Source of the DNA: Candidatus Omnitrophota bacterium
GTDB lineage: Bacteria > Omnitrophota > Gorgyraeia > Gygaellales > Profunditerraquicolaceae
Length of the DNA: 64,000 nt
Direction: 5' to 3'
Assembly (NCBI GenBank): GCA_016208765.1
Contig: JACQXK010000001.1
Span: 64,218 to 128,217, forward strand
Shown one piece after another: positions 9,517 to 18,305 of the stretch (its first letter is position 1; every line of letters begins with the position of its first letter). The position numbers and the translations under genes were made by a program. The notes under the pieces were generated by a model, which worked only from the letters and a program-made list of their open reading frames with translations, had not been told where the DNA came from and did no database searches.

Positions 9517-10225
9517 GCTTGACGGACGTGAACACGGCCAGATGCGCAAGGTGCAAATACAACGCGATTATTTAAAATATCCCGAGGGATCATGCCTTAT
9601 TGAATTGGGCAATACCAAGGTTATCTGCACTGCTTCGGTTGATGAAAATGTCCCGCCATTTCTAAAAGGAAGCGGCACTGGGTGGGTAACTGCAGAATAC
9701 GGCATGCTTCCGCGTTCTTGTGCAACGCGCATTCAGCGTGGCAAGGATTCAGGCAGGACTTATGAAATTCAGCGACTGGTGGGAAGATCTTTGCGTTCAG
9801 TTACCGAGATGGCAAAAATAGGCGAGCGAACTATTTGGATTGATTGCGACGTAATTCAGGCAGACGGCGGAACGCGCACGGCATCTATTACAGGAAGTTT
9901 TGTCGCTTTGGTTGATGCGTTAAATAAATTAAAGAAGAATGGTTTGATTAGAGAAGTTCCGATACGCGATTATGTTGCTGCAACCAGCGTTGGTATTTTA
10001 GAGGGCGCACAATTGCTGGATTTGTGTTATGCCGAAGACTCAAAGGCAGAAGTGGATATGAATATTATTATGACCGGAAGTAACGAGTTTATTGAAATCC
10101 AGGGCACTGCGGAGAGGCAGCCTTTTAGCAAAGAAGATATGGATGCTATGCTTGGTTTGGCAAAAAAGGGGATTGAAGGATTATTCAGTATTCAGAGAAG
10201 ATTAATCGGGGACATTTTATTATAA
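9509..10225 (+). CDS. rph: Ribonuclease PH
   Basis: [40 protein letters not shown]; start taken at the ATG after AGGAG. Confidence 0.97.
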   Translation: MIRLDGREHGQMRKVQIQRDYLKYPEGSCLIELGNTKVICTASVDENVPPFLKGSGTGWVTAEYGMLPRSCATRIQRGKDSGRTYEIQRLVGRSLRSVTEMAKIGERTIWIDCDVIQADGGTRTASITGSFVALVDALNKLKKNGLIREVPIRDYVAATSVGILEGAQLLDLCYAEDSKAEVDMNIIMTGSNEFIEIQGTAERQPFSKEDMDAMLGLAKKGIEGLFSIQRRLIGDILL

Positions 10226-10227
10226 AT

Positions 10228-10836
10228 ATGTTTTTGGTAGTTGCTACTAAAAATCAGAAGAAACTCGGAGAGATCAAAGAAATCCTGCGAGGCTTTAATT
10301 TTAAGTTGCGTTCTTTGGCAGATTATGGAAAAACTCCGGATGTTGTGGAGAATGGCGATACTTTTAAGGAAAATGCCGTTAAGAAGGCGCTTAAGCTCGC
10401 GCGTTTTACCGGAGAGCTCACGTTGGGAGAGGATTCCGGGCTTTGTGTTGATGCCTTGGATGGCCGGCCAGGAGTTTACTCTTCGCGTTTTGCAGGAAGA
10501 TCAAAAAGCGATGAAAAGAATAATCAGAAACTCCTGCGTTTATTAAAGTGTGCGCCTTTAAAGAAAAGAAAAGCACATTATGTTTGTGCGGTGGCATTGG
10601 CAGATAAACAAGGTTTGATTGGCGTAGTTGAAGGCAAGTGCCATGGAAAAATTGATTTTGAGCTAAAAGGCAAACACGGTTTTGGTTATGACCCGTTATT
10701 TTTAATTCCTAAGTTTAAGAAGACTTTTGGCCAGCTTGATGAAAAAATAAAACACAAAATGAGCCACCGTTTCCGCGCCCTTATGAAGGCAAAGAAACTT
10801 TTAGTGAAATATATTGAGAAAAAGAAAAGTAATTGA
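10228..10836 (+). CDS. rdgB: Non-canonical purine NTP pyrophosphatase (HAM1 family)
   Basis: ATKN.KK, EDSGL, PGVYSSRF, GFGYDP, SHR. Confidence 0.95.
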   Translation: MFLVVATKNQKKLGEIKEILRGFNFKLRSLADYGKTPDVVENGDTFKENAVKKALKLARFTGELTLGEDSGLCVDALDGRPGVYSSRFAGRSKSDEKNNQKLLRLLKCAPLKKRKAHYVCAVALADKQGLIGVVEGKCHGKIDFELKGKHGFGYDPLFLIPKFKKTFGQLDEKIKHKMSHRFRALMKAKKLLVKYIEKKKSN

Positions 10837-10864
10837 TATAATTTAGGTTTGGAGTATTTAAAAG

Positions 10865-11128
10865 ATGTATTTTGTGTATGTGTTGAAAAGTGAAAAAGAT
10901 AGCTTGTTTTATACTGGTTTTACAAGTGATTTGGAAAGAAGAGTTTTAGAGCATAATCAGGGCCTTCAGGATTCAACCAGGAGCAGGGTACCTTTTAAGC
11001 TTGTTTATTACGAGTGGTGTTTAAATAAACAAGATGCTTTAAGCAGGGAAGAATATTTGAAGAGTGGTATGGGTAAGAAATATATAAGAAATCGTATTAA
11101 GTTGTTTTTAAGTTCTGATAATAAATAG
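10865..11128 (+). CDS. Small GIY-YIG nuclease family protein
   Basis: YFVYVL...YTGFT.DLERR..EHN, ALSRE..LK. Confidence 0.9.
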   Translation: MYFVYVLKSEKDSLFYTGFTSDLERRVLEHNQGLQDSTRSRVPFKLVYYEWCLNKQDALSREEYLKSGMGKKYIRNRIKLFLSSDNK

Positions 11129-11148
11129 TTTATTTTATATAATTTAAG

Positions 11149-11274
11149 CAATTTGTGATTGGGTGGGCGTGCCCCGTTACAAATTGCTGGCTCTCTAAAT
11201 TTTCGTACAATTTGTGATTGGGTGGGCGTGCCCCGTTACAAATTGCTGGCTCTCTAAATTTTCGTACAATTTGT
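11149..11274 (+). repeat. Two exact 59-bp tandem repeats plus a partial third, running into tRNA-Pro
   Basis: Units start at 11149, 11208 and 11267; each full unit is a hairpin containing GCCCCGTTACAAATTG. Confidence 0.92.
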
Positions 11275-11276
11275 AA

Positions 11277-11351
11277 CGGGGCGTGGCTCAGTTTGGCTAG
11301 AGCGCTTGCTTTGGGAGCAAGAGGCCACAGGTTCAAGTCCTGTCGCCCCGA
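11277..11351 (+). tRNA. tRNA-Pro(TGG)
   Basis: CGGGGCG...CTTGCTT-TGG-GAGCAAG...GGTTCAAGTCC...CGCCCCGA. Confidence 0.95.
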
Positions 11352-11374
11352 TAAATTTGTAAAGGAGAAGATAA

Positions 11375-11818
11375 ATGAAAAAATTGAGTATTTTTCTTGT
11401 GGCAATCTTAAGTTTATCTTTTTTTACCTTTTCTTTTGCAGGGGACCTTGTTTCACCGGAGGCTGGCAGGTATTTTAATGAAGCCATTAAGGCGCAAAAA
11501 TCAGGTGATTTTGAAAAGGCAAAGATCGGGTATAATAAGACTCTGCTTCTTGACCCAAACAATTTGGATTGGCAGAAATTTATTTTGAATAATTATGGGA
11601 TCATGTTTGTTGAGTCGGGAGATTTTGAAAAGGCAGAATCAGCTTTTCTTGAAGTTCTGGAAATAGACCCGGATTATGAACCTGCTAAGATTAATCTTGG
11701 TATACTTTATGATAAAAGAAAATCAAGGCTTGAAGCATTGGAATATTGGGCTAAGCTGTATAATTGGGAAGCCGGCAAGCCAAGGAAATTAATTTTTTCT
11801 GAACAAGCTCAGAAATAA
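11375..11818 (+). CDS. Secreted tetratricopeptide-repeat protein
   Basis: Signal peptide; TPR-like NNYG..F...GDFEKAE..F..VLEIDP, AKINLG. Confidence 0.8.
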   Translation: MKKLSIFLVAILSLSFFTFSFAGDLVSPEAGRYFNEAIKAQKSGDFEKAKIGYNKTLLLDPNNLDWQKFILNNYGIMFVESGDFEKAESAFLEVLEIDPDYEPAKINLGILYDKRKSRLEALEYWAKLYNWEAGKPRKLIFSEQAQK

Positions 11819-11846
11819 TTGCTCTTTAATTGAATTTTAAGTTTTT

Positions 11847-11923
11847 GCGCCTGTAGCTCAATTGGATAGAGCACCTGCCTTCTAAGCCGGTGGTTGGCCG
11901 TTCGATTCGGCCCAGGCGCACCA
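11847..11923 (+). tRNA. tRNA-Arg(TCT)
   Basis: GCGCCTGTAGCTCAATTGGATAGAGC...CT-TCT-AA...GTTCGATTC...CAGGCGCACCA. Confidence 0.95.
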
Positions 11924-11933
11924 AAATACAAAT

Positions 11934-13106
11934 ATGAATCTTCTAAAAAAAATACTTTCAATAACATTGGCAGCGGCTTTTGTTGTTTTTGCCATAATTT
12001 ATGTTTTCCTGGCTTTTAAGGGTAAGGCTGTGATTGTTTCTGAGCTTGAGAAATTAACTAAGAAAAAAGTCACTGTTGGTTATTTTGGAATAGCGTTTCC
12101 ATTGAATCTGGAGATCAAGAATCTCAATATAGAAGGTTTAGCCAATGTCGGCACCATTAATATTTCTCCCAGCCTTGTTTATTTGCTCGCCGGTAAGATT
12201 GCGCTAAATAAAGTTCTAATTGAAGATCCTGATTTTAGTTTTGAAGGAAAAGTTCCCGGTGCTGCAGATATAATTGCTGCTCCACTTGCAGATGTCAAAA
12301 AAGAAGAAGAGGATGTTGAGAAAACCGTTCCTTTGCGCTTAATTATTAAGAAATTAATAATTAAAGACGGCAGGATCCAGTTTACTGATCATGGCGTAAG
12401 TAAAGAAGGCCTTAAATTTACCGTCAAAGATATAAATTTGAATCTTTCTAACCTTTATATGTATCCTGTGTCTGTGATCACTAATTTTGAATTAAGCGGA
12501 AGGATCCCCTGGCGTAAAGGAGAAGAAGAAGGAAAAATTGAGGCCAGCGGCTGGATAAACTTGTACAAAAAAGATATTCAGGTCGCTTTGAGCATCCGCG
12601 ATATTGACGGGATTTATTTTTATCCGTATTATTCTAATTGGGTTGATTTAGAGGGCGCTCGCATTGAAAAAGCAAAGTTGTATTTTCTTAGTAATGTTCA
12701 GGGGTTAAATAATAATGTAACTGTTGATTGCCATCTTGAACTGGCAGATATTGTGCGTAAGCCGCATGAGGGTTCTGAATCAAAGGAAAAAGCAGAACGG
12801 ATCACTGATGCTGTGCTCGGTTATTTTAAGGCCCTTGATCAGGGTAAGATTACTCTAGATTTTACTTTTAAGACAAAAATGGACCGGCCAGAATTTAGTT
12901 TTAGCAATATCAAAATGGCCTTTGAAGATAAGCTTGCTGTTGCCCGTGGAAAAGGTTTTAAGCCGCAGGATGTTTTGATGCTGCCGACAAAGCTTATTGA
13001 AGGAAGTGTTAAAGGGGCAACCGAGCTTTCCAAGGCGGTAATTGACGGCACATTTGCTGTCGGGAATGAATTGAAAAAAGCTGTTGAAGAAGTTTTTAAG
13101 AAATAG
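11934..13106 (+). CDS. AsmA-like / DUF748-type membrane-anchored protein
   Basis: N-terminal TM helix, beta-rich body with DGRIQFTD; resembles 53819-54901. Confidence 0.65.
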   Translation: MNLLKKILSITLAAAFVVFAIIYVFLAFKGKAVIVSELEKLTKKKVTVGYFGIAFPLNLEIKNLNIEGLANVGTINISPSLVYLLAGKIALNKVLIEDPDFSFEGKVPGAADIIAAPLADVKKEEEDVEKTVPLRLIIKKLIIKDGRIQFTDHGVSKEGLKFTVKDINLNLSNLYMYPVSVITNFELSGRIPWRKGEEEGKIEASGWINLYKKDIQVALSIRDIDGIYFYPYYSNWVDLEGARIEKAKLYFLSNVQGLNNNVTVDCHLELADIVRKPHEGSESKEKAERITDAVLGYFKALDQGKITLDFTFKTKMDRPEFSFSNIKMAFEDKLAVARGKGFKPQDVLMLPTKLIEGSVKGATELSKAVIDGTFAVGNELKKAVEEVFKK

Positions 13107-13124
13107 CTTTGGCAGTAGAATTAT

Positions 13125-13202
13125 GGTGGTTGTAGCTCAATTGGTTAGAGCGCTAGACTGTGGCTCTGGAGGTTGCGGGTTCGATCCCCGTCAGCCACCC
13201 CA
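13125..13202 (+). tRNA. tRNA-His(GTG)
   Basis: G-1 GTGGTTGTAGCTCAATTGGTTAGAGC...CT-GTG-GC...GGTTCGATCCC...CAGCCACCCCA. Confidence 0.95.
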
Positions 13203-13328
13203 TTTTTTCGCTATTGCATAGCTGCAAAATCGATCGTTGTGAGTAAATAGAGAGCAATGACTTTAACGCTTTCGCATCTCTTGATCTATATTTATATAGT
13301 CAAAATGGCTGTATCCCTTAAATACAAT

Positions 13329-13444
13329 TTGACAAAAAAGAGGCAAAAGTGTATTTTAAAATCAAATCAGGAGTGGTATTGTTTGAAGGGGGAACTGCCA
13401 CGTAAAAATAATTAAAACCTTCGCTCACAAGGCGAAGGTTTTTT
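13329..13444 (+). promoter_or_regulatory. Sigma70 promoter, short leader and intrinsic terminator upstream of the DpnI-like locus
   Basis: TTGACA-17-TATTTT; hairpin AAAACCTTCGC/GCGAAGGTTTT followed by a T run. Confidence 0.6.
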
Positions 13445-13466
13445 GTTTACGAGAAAGGCAGGGTGT

Positions 13467-13619
13467 ATGTTAAGTAAAAAAGTAGAGCAGGATATAAAGG
13501 CTGTTTTAGATTATCTTTGGCATGATGAAAAAAGGCATTATCAAGAAAGTAAATATTGTAGTAAACATATTTTTAGAACTTTGGTAAGATTAGCAAAGAC
13601 TATCAAATATGAACATTAG
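13467..13619 (+). CDS. Small hypothetical protein (50 aa)
   Basis: MLSKKVEQDIKAVLDYLWHDEKRHY...YEH; purine-rich RBS; overlaps the next start. Below the ORF-track cutoff. Confidence 0.55.
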   Translation: MLSKKVEQDIKAVLDYLWHDEKRHYQESKYCSKHIFRTLVRLAKTIKYEH

Positions 13620-14376
13620 TTTAGATAAGGAAGTGGCTAGATTTTATATTAGTTCTTCACAGAAAAGTAGAGTCTTAACGGAGGATTGGGTCAATAGAGA
13701 AGTTTTTTGCCCTGCCTGCGGTTATAATATTAGGCACTATGAAAATAATAGGCCAGTTGCTGATTTTTATTGTTCTAAGTGTAGCGAAGATTATGAATTA
13801 AAAAGCAAGAAGGATGGCATTGGAAATAAAATCGTTGATGGCGCCTATAGAACGATGATTGAGCGTTTACAAACTAATAAGAATCCTAATTTCTTTTTGT
13901 TAAATTATAATTTAAGAAGTTTTGAAGTTCTAAATTTATTAGTTATACCGAAGCATTTTTTTGTACCACATATAATTGAGGAAAGGAAACCACTCTCACA
14001 ATCGGCAAGGCGCGCAGGTTGGGTTGGTTGTAACATTTCTTTGCAGAATATCCCACAAACAGGCAAAATTTATTACATTAAAGACAAGCAGGTTGAATCA
14101 AAAGAAGAAGTCTTGAGGACTTGGAAGAAAACTCTATTCTTAAGGGAAGAAAAAGAAACCCCAGCAAAAGGATGGGTATTGGATATTATGAATTGTATTG
14201 ATAAACTTGGAAAACGGAGATTTAATCTTGAGGAAGTTTATTTCTTTAAGGAATTTCTAGGAGAAAAGCATCCGCAAAATAGGCATATTAAAGATAAGAT
14301 AAGGCAACAGTTACAATTTCTGAGAGATAAGGGGTATTTGAGATTTATTGCTAGGGGAGAATATGAGCTTACTTAA
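13609..14376 (+). CDS. DpnI-like (Dam-replacing protein family) methyl-directed restriction endonuclease
   Basis: SQKSRVLTEDW, CPACG, NNRPVADFYC..C...YELKSK, DGAY, RRAGWVGCNI; C-terminal winged helix KIRQQLQFLRD.G. Confidence 0.9.
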   Translation: MNISLDKEVARFYISSSQKSRVLTEDWVNREVFCPACGYNIRHYENNRPVADFYCSKCSEDYELKSKKDGIGNKIVDGAYRTMIERLQTNKNPNFFLLNYNLRSFEVLNLLVIPKHFFVPHIIEERKPLSQSARRAGWVGCNISLQNIPQTGKIYYIKDKQVESKEEVLRTWKKTLFLREEKETPAKGWVLDIMNCIDKLGKRRFNLEEVYFFKEFLGEKHPQNRHIKDKIRQQLQFLRDKGYLRFIARGEYELT

Positions 14377-14551
14377 AAATTTTGCAATAAGGTTAAGTCC
14401 TTTTTGGGCAAAAATCATTCTGCGAGTTAATTCATTCGCGCGGTTAAAAGATATGTGTCGTGGTTATAGTGAAGATCTAGAGAATTTTACTGAGCTTGTA
14501 TGGGAAGATGTCAAGAAATTGAGCTTTTGTGATAGAAAAACATACCTATAG
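14363..14551 (+). CDS. Hypothetical protein
   Basis: ATG after GGGGAG, overlapping the end of the DpnI-like gene; no recognised motif. Confidence 0.5.
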   Translation: MSLLKNFAIRLSPFWAKIILRVNSFARLKDMCRGYSEDLENFTELVWEDVKKLSFCDRKTYL

Positions 14552-14605
14552 TTTCAGCTTTGGTATGTTTAAGAAAATACTAAAAAGTTTATAACTAGGG
14601 AACGC

Positions 14606-15121
14606 ATGCCAATAACTTTCATTAAAATTCTCCGTAGTAAAAAAAGAAGGCGCACGGTGAGTGCGCATGTGGTAAAAGATGTTCTTATTGTAAGGGCTCC
14701 GGAGAGTATTGCGGAAAGCCGTTTAGAGAAGGTGATTACCGAGCTTAAAACAAAGATCGAACGGAAGCAGTTAAAAGAAGAATTGAATAAAGATGAAAGC
14801 CTTAGACAGAGGGCAAAGGAGTTTAATCAGCAGTATTTTGGAAATCAGCTTAACATTAACTCTATTGAATACGTTACAGATCAGATTTCTAAATTCGGCT
14901 GCTGTAATTTTCGCACCGGATGCATCCGTATTTCCCACCGAATAAGTTTTATGCCGCAGTGGGTAAGGGATTATGTGATTATTCATGAATTGGCGCATTT
15001 AGCAGTTCCTGATCACAGCAAGGCATTCTGGGAGGTAGTAAGCCGTTATAAGTTTGCTGAAAGAGCAAGGGGATATCTTATTGCCGCTGGAACACAAGAC
15101 ATTTTATATAATAAACTGTAG
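14606..15121 (+). CDS. M48/YgjP (DUF45) zinc metalloprotease-like protein
   Basis: RS.KRRRT, FGCC, DYVIIHELAHL..PDHSKAFW. Confidence 0.88.
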   Translation: MPITFIKILRSKKRRRTVSAHVVKDVLIVRAPESIAESRLEKVITELKTKIERKQLKEELNKDESLRQRAKEFNQQYFGNQLNINSIEYVTDQISKFGCCNFRTGCIRISHRISFMPQWVRDYVIIHELAHLAVPDHSKAFWEVVSRYKFAERARGYLIAAGTQDILYNKL

Positions 15122-15192
15122 AATCAGGAGTTACAAAATAAATATTTAAAGATAGAAACCCGGATTTGTTTTGTAATCTTTTGATAATTAGA
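15120..15192. repeat. 73-bp imperfect palindromic intergenic repeat, copy 1
   Basis: 59/73 identical (ungapped, hand count) to 21306-21378; arms TTACAAAATAAAT/ATTTGTTTTGTAA. Confidence 0.8.
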
Positions 15193-15268
15193 GGGTTGTA
15201 TAAAGCGTCTTATGTTCTCTAATTCTCAAAAGACAGAAAATGTTAGGATTAATATTTAAGGGATAAAA

Positions 15269-16414
15269 ATGGCGATAATTGTTTTGGGTGCCGGAGCTAC
15301 AAGAGGGGTAAGGTTTGTAGAAAATAATATATGCAAGCCCCCTTTAAATGACGACTTCTTTAGCCAGTTGCAGCATATAAATAATGAGAAACATTTTAAG
15401 ACGATTGAGCAAGCAATAAAAGATGCAATTTCATTATATGGTAAGAATTTCAAAGTAACCATGGAAGAGTTCTTTACGCAAATTGAATTTTTTGTTAAGG
15501 TGCTTCCATACGCGAAAGAAAGACACGGACTAACAAGAGCGGACTTTAACAAAATAAAAGATAACTTTATAAAATCAATATCTGCTGTTTTTGAAGAGTC
15601 AATAACTCAAAAGACTTGTGAATACCATACAGAAATTGTTAAGGCTTTAGTCAAGGATTCTACAATAGTATCATTTAATTATGACTGCCTGATAGATTAT
15701 GCACTGAAAGAAGCAGGAGCGCAGAAATGGAATGCTAGGTATGGATATAGTTTTCCTCTGCGGAAGTATAGACTTATAGGAGATCCATTTTGGAGTTCCT
15801 CTTTATTACATCCACTGGCTACAAGGGGAGAGACTATTAAATTATTGAAATTACATGGTTCGCTTAATTGGCATATACTTAATAAAGGGAAAGGAAATAA
15901 AGGTTCTATAAGGCTTAAGCAACATCTTTATCAAAATGTAGGCACACCACAGTTTACTATAATGCCTCCAGAATGGAATAAGGAGTTATTAAAAGAGCCT
16001 GCTTTTGAAGAGATATGGAAAGAAGCAGCCAGGAGAATTAGAAGAGAGAAAATTTTTGTATTTATTGGATTTTCCTTTGTTCCGACAGATTTGTTTGCTG
16101 CCTCGTTGTTTCAATTAAGTATTGGTAAAGAAAAAATAAAGAAATTAATTATAGTAAATCCAGATAGAGAAGCTAGAAGAAGGACTAGGGCAGTTTTAAA
16201 TAGAGGTATTTCTGATAAAACTCTTATAGTCCAATTTGATACTTTTAAAGATTTTTCACGAGCAGAATTAAAAACTTTATTCTCTGAAAAACGAGATATT
16301 GGAAAATTTGAAAAAATCGAAGAAAGCAAAGCTCCTTTTGGAACAGATTCAAAAACCGTTACTAATAAAGATACGCTAAATTCTCCAGAAGCAGATAAAG
16401 AAAAAAGCTCTTAA
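15269..16414 (+). CDS. SIR2-like (SIR2_2) domain protein
   Basis: N-terminal VLGAGA, SFNYD.LID, LLKLHGSLNW, FIGFSF..TD, IIVNPD. Confidence 0.85.
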   Translation: MAIIVLGAGATRGVRFVENNICKPPLNDDFFSQLQHINNEKHFKTIEQAIKDAISLYGKNFKVTMEEFFTQIEFFVKVLPYAKERHGLTRADFNKIKDNFIKSISAVFEESITQKTCEYHTEIVKALVKDSTIVSFNYDCLIDYALKEAGAQKWNARYGYSFPLRKYRLIGDPFWSSSLLHPLATRGETIKLLKLHGSLNWHILNKGKGNKGSIRLKQHLYQNVGTPQFTIMPPEWNKELLKEPAFEEIWKEAARRIRREKIFVFIGFSFVPTDLFAASLFQLSIGKEKIKKLIIVNPDREARRRTRAVLNRGISDKTLIVQFDTFKDFSRAELKTLFSEKRDIGKFEKIEESKAPFGTDSKTVTNKDTLNSPEADKEKSS

Positions 16415-16689
16415 TGATGAAAGCATATACGATCAATTATGATTTAAAAGCTCCAAACAGAAATTACGACGGTCTTTTCGTCGAGATAAAAAAATCTCCG
16501 AAATGGTGGCATTTTCTTGAATCGACTTGGATTATTGCGACAGATGAAACTCCTAGCCAAATATGGAATAGATTGATAGCCAATTTGGACAAAAATGATT
16601 ATTTGTTAATTATTGAAGTAAAAGATAATGTTCAAGGGTGGCTTCCTAAAGAAGCATGGGATTGGATCCATGCTAATGTTCCGAGTTAG
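16414..16689 (+). CDS. Small protein with Cas2/VapD-like N-terminus (YDL...STW family)
   Basis: YTINYDL..P.RNY..L...IK...W.H.LESTW, D.LLIIEV, GWL....W.W; TAATG overlap with the SIR2 gene. Confidence 0.65.
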   Translation: MMKAYTINYDLKAPNRNYDGLFVEIKKSPKWWHFLESTWIIATDETPSQIWNRLIANLDKNDYLLIIEVKDNVQGWLPKEAWDWIHANVPS

Positions 16690-16769
16690 TTTGTTTAAAT
16701 AGAAATATAATTATTAAACTATTTTTCGCCTCTTTGAACTTTTTAATTTTTGTTCTTTCTTTGAGTAAG

Positions 16770-17480
16770 GCGGCAAAATTTGCCCGAACCAAATTTTTCC
16801 GGAGCCAAGCGTAGTTGTGAGGCGGGCGTGCCCGCACCACGCCCGCCTCAAAGGTTTAGTCTTAAAATGTTAATCGGGAGAGGCGCATTATGCCGCATCG
16901 CTAGTCTTACTCGTAGATTGCGGCATAGCGGACGAACCTCTCTAAAAAAATTTTGTTTTTAGCTTGTAACAGAGTGTCGGGTGAGGACGCTGTGGCTTGC
17001 GCCGCCCACACCCGGCGCAAGCCACAGCTGCGCCGAACACGCATAAAAATTAGCAAGAAGCGAGCGGCTCCCTAAAGGGACTTCTTCGGCCTGAAGTAAA
17101 CAAAGGTCTTGGTCGCCGCGAGCGCCATTGCGCGCGAGATGTGGGAGTCTCGCCATTCGCCGCTACCGCGGAGAAATGGCGGGACGGTGCATTCTTAGCT
17201 ATTTCCTTATGAACCAGCTTTACCCCGGTATTAGATACAAGCACCCAACGCTAACAGGATTTGCGTTGGTGTCCCGCTGGTGGGGGAAACGGCAAGAGGC
17301 GGGGCAAGCACCTTTGCCTATCGGAAGGCAAAGTATCCCGCTTTCTGCGGGAAGCATTAACATAGCGGCCGAGGTTCTTTCCGGGAAAAGATGTTGTTTG
17401 TGGGGGGCATTAGGAGATGTTTCATTAGGGTTTTACCCCTGTGGATTTACTTGTGGGGAGAGAATCGAACGCTATTTCGC
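16770..17480. other. GC-rich, hairpin-dense non-coding region
   Basis: Many long inverted repeats, e.g. TGAGGCGGGCGTG/CACGCCCGCCTCA and GCTGTGGCTTGCGCCG/CGGCGCAAGCCACAGC; no credible ORF. Confidence 0.6.
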
Positions 17481-17678
17481 AAAATTCTTTCGAATGGAAG
17501 AATAACAATGACTCCATTTTTTATTTTGAGGACATAAAGCCTCCCAATCTGTCGTAGAATCAACGAGTTGCGCCGGTTCTAACCTGTTGTGGAGGCTTTG
17601 TACGTCTGGGGCGTTGTGGTAGGTGGGAAACGGAAATAATTCATTGAACTTTGCTAATTTTAATACGGAAATTAAATA

Positions 17679-18269
17679 ATGAACAAAAGTGTTTTTAATA
17701 CCGCACAATTCCATGCATGTGTTGACTCGGCGCATAAGCTTGATGATGCCCAGGCAGAAGTTGCTTTTGTGGGCCGATCTAATGTGGGAAAAAGCTCGCT
17801 TATAAATGCGCTTTGTGGCCGTCATTTGCTTGCTAAGGTTTCAAAAACTCCCGGTAAAACTCGCACAATAAATGTATTTTTTATACGCGATGGTAAATGG
17901 ATCGTTGATCTTCCTGGTTATGGTTTTGCTGCTGTTCCGATAAAAGAAAGAAATAACTGGAAGGATATGATTGAGTATTATTTGTCCAATCGGCCTTCAC
18001 TTAAAGCTATTTTTGTTTTAGTTGATGCTTGTGTTGGAGCAACAGCCCTTGACCGACAAATGTTAGCATGGTTAAAAAGTACGGGTATGCCGTATCATAT
18101 TATCGTTAATAAAATTGATCGTATTGCGCAAATAAAGCTTGTTGAACAACGCCAAATTTTGGCCGTAGATTTAAAAGTAATGCCGGAGAGTATTCTTTGG
18201 GTTAGCGCAAAAAAGGGCACAGGCATCAAGGAGTTATATACTATTATATCCAGTTTTCTTGCATTATAA
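17679..18269 (+). CDS. engB: Ribosome biogenesis GTPase YihA/YsxC
   Basis: GRSNVGKSSLIN, SKTPGKT, DLPGYG, NKID, SA. Confidence 0.93.
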   Translation: MNKSVFNTAQFHACVDSAHKLDDAQAEVAFVGRSNVGKSSLINALCGRHLLAKVSKTPGKTRTINVFFIRDGKWIVDLPGYGFAAVPIKERNNWKDMIEYYLSNRPSLKAIFVLVDACVGATALDRQMLAWLKSTGMPYHIIVNKIDRIAQIKLVEQRQILAVDLKVMPESILWVSAKKGTGIKELYTIISSFLAL

Positions 18270-18305
18270 AAGATATCTGGATTAAGTTCTAAATAAAGGA
18301 ATACA

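Noticed and set aside
11149-11274. Tandem repeats as a CRISPR array
   Set aside because: Units are identical end to end with no unique spacers, and no cas1 is present.
13370-13412. preQ1-I riboswitch (CCACGTAAAAA resemblance)
   Set aside because: The loop is too long and lacks the conserved core, and the downstream genes are not queuosine-related.
16414-16689. A bona fide CRISPR cas2
   Set aside because: No array or other cas genes in the window; only a fold-level resemblance.
16780-17505. Short ORFs in the GC-rich block
   Set aside because: No RBS, atypical composition, and overlap on both strands; better explained by palindromic DNA.
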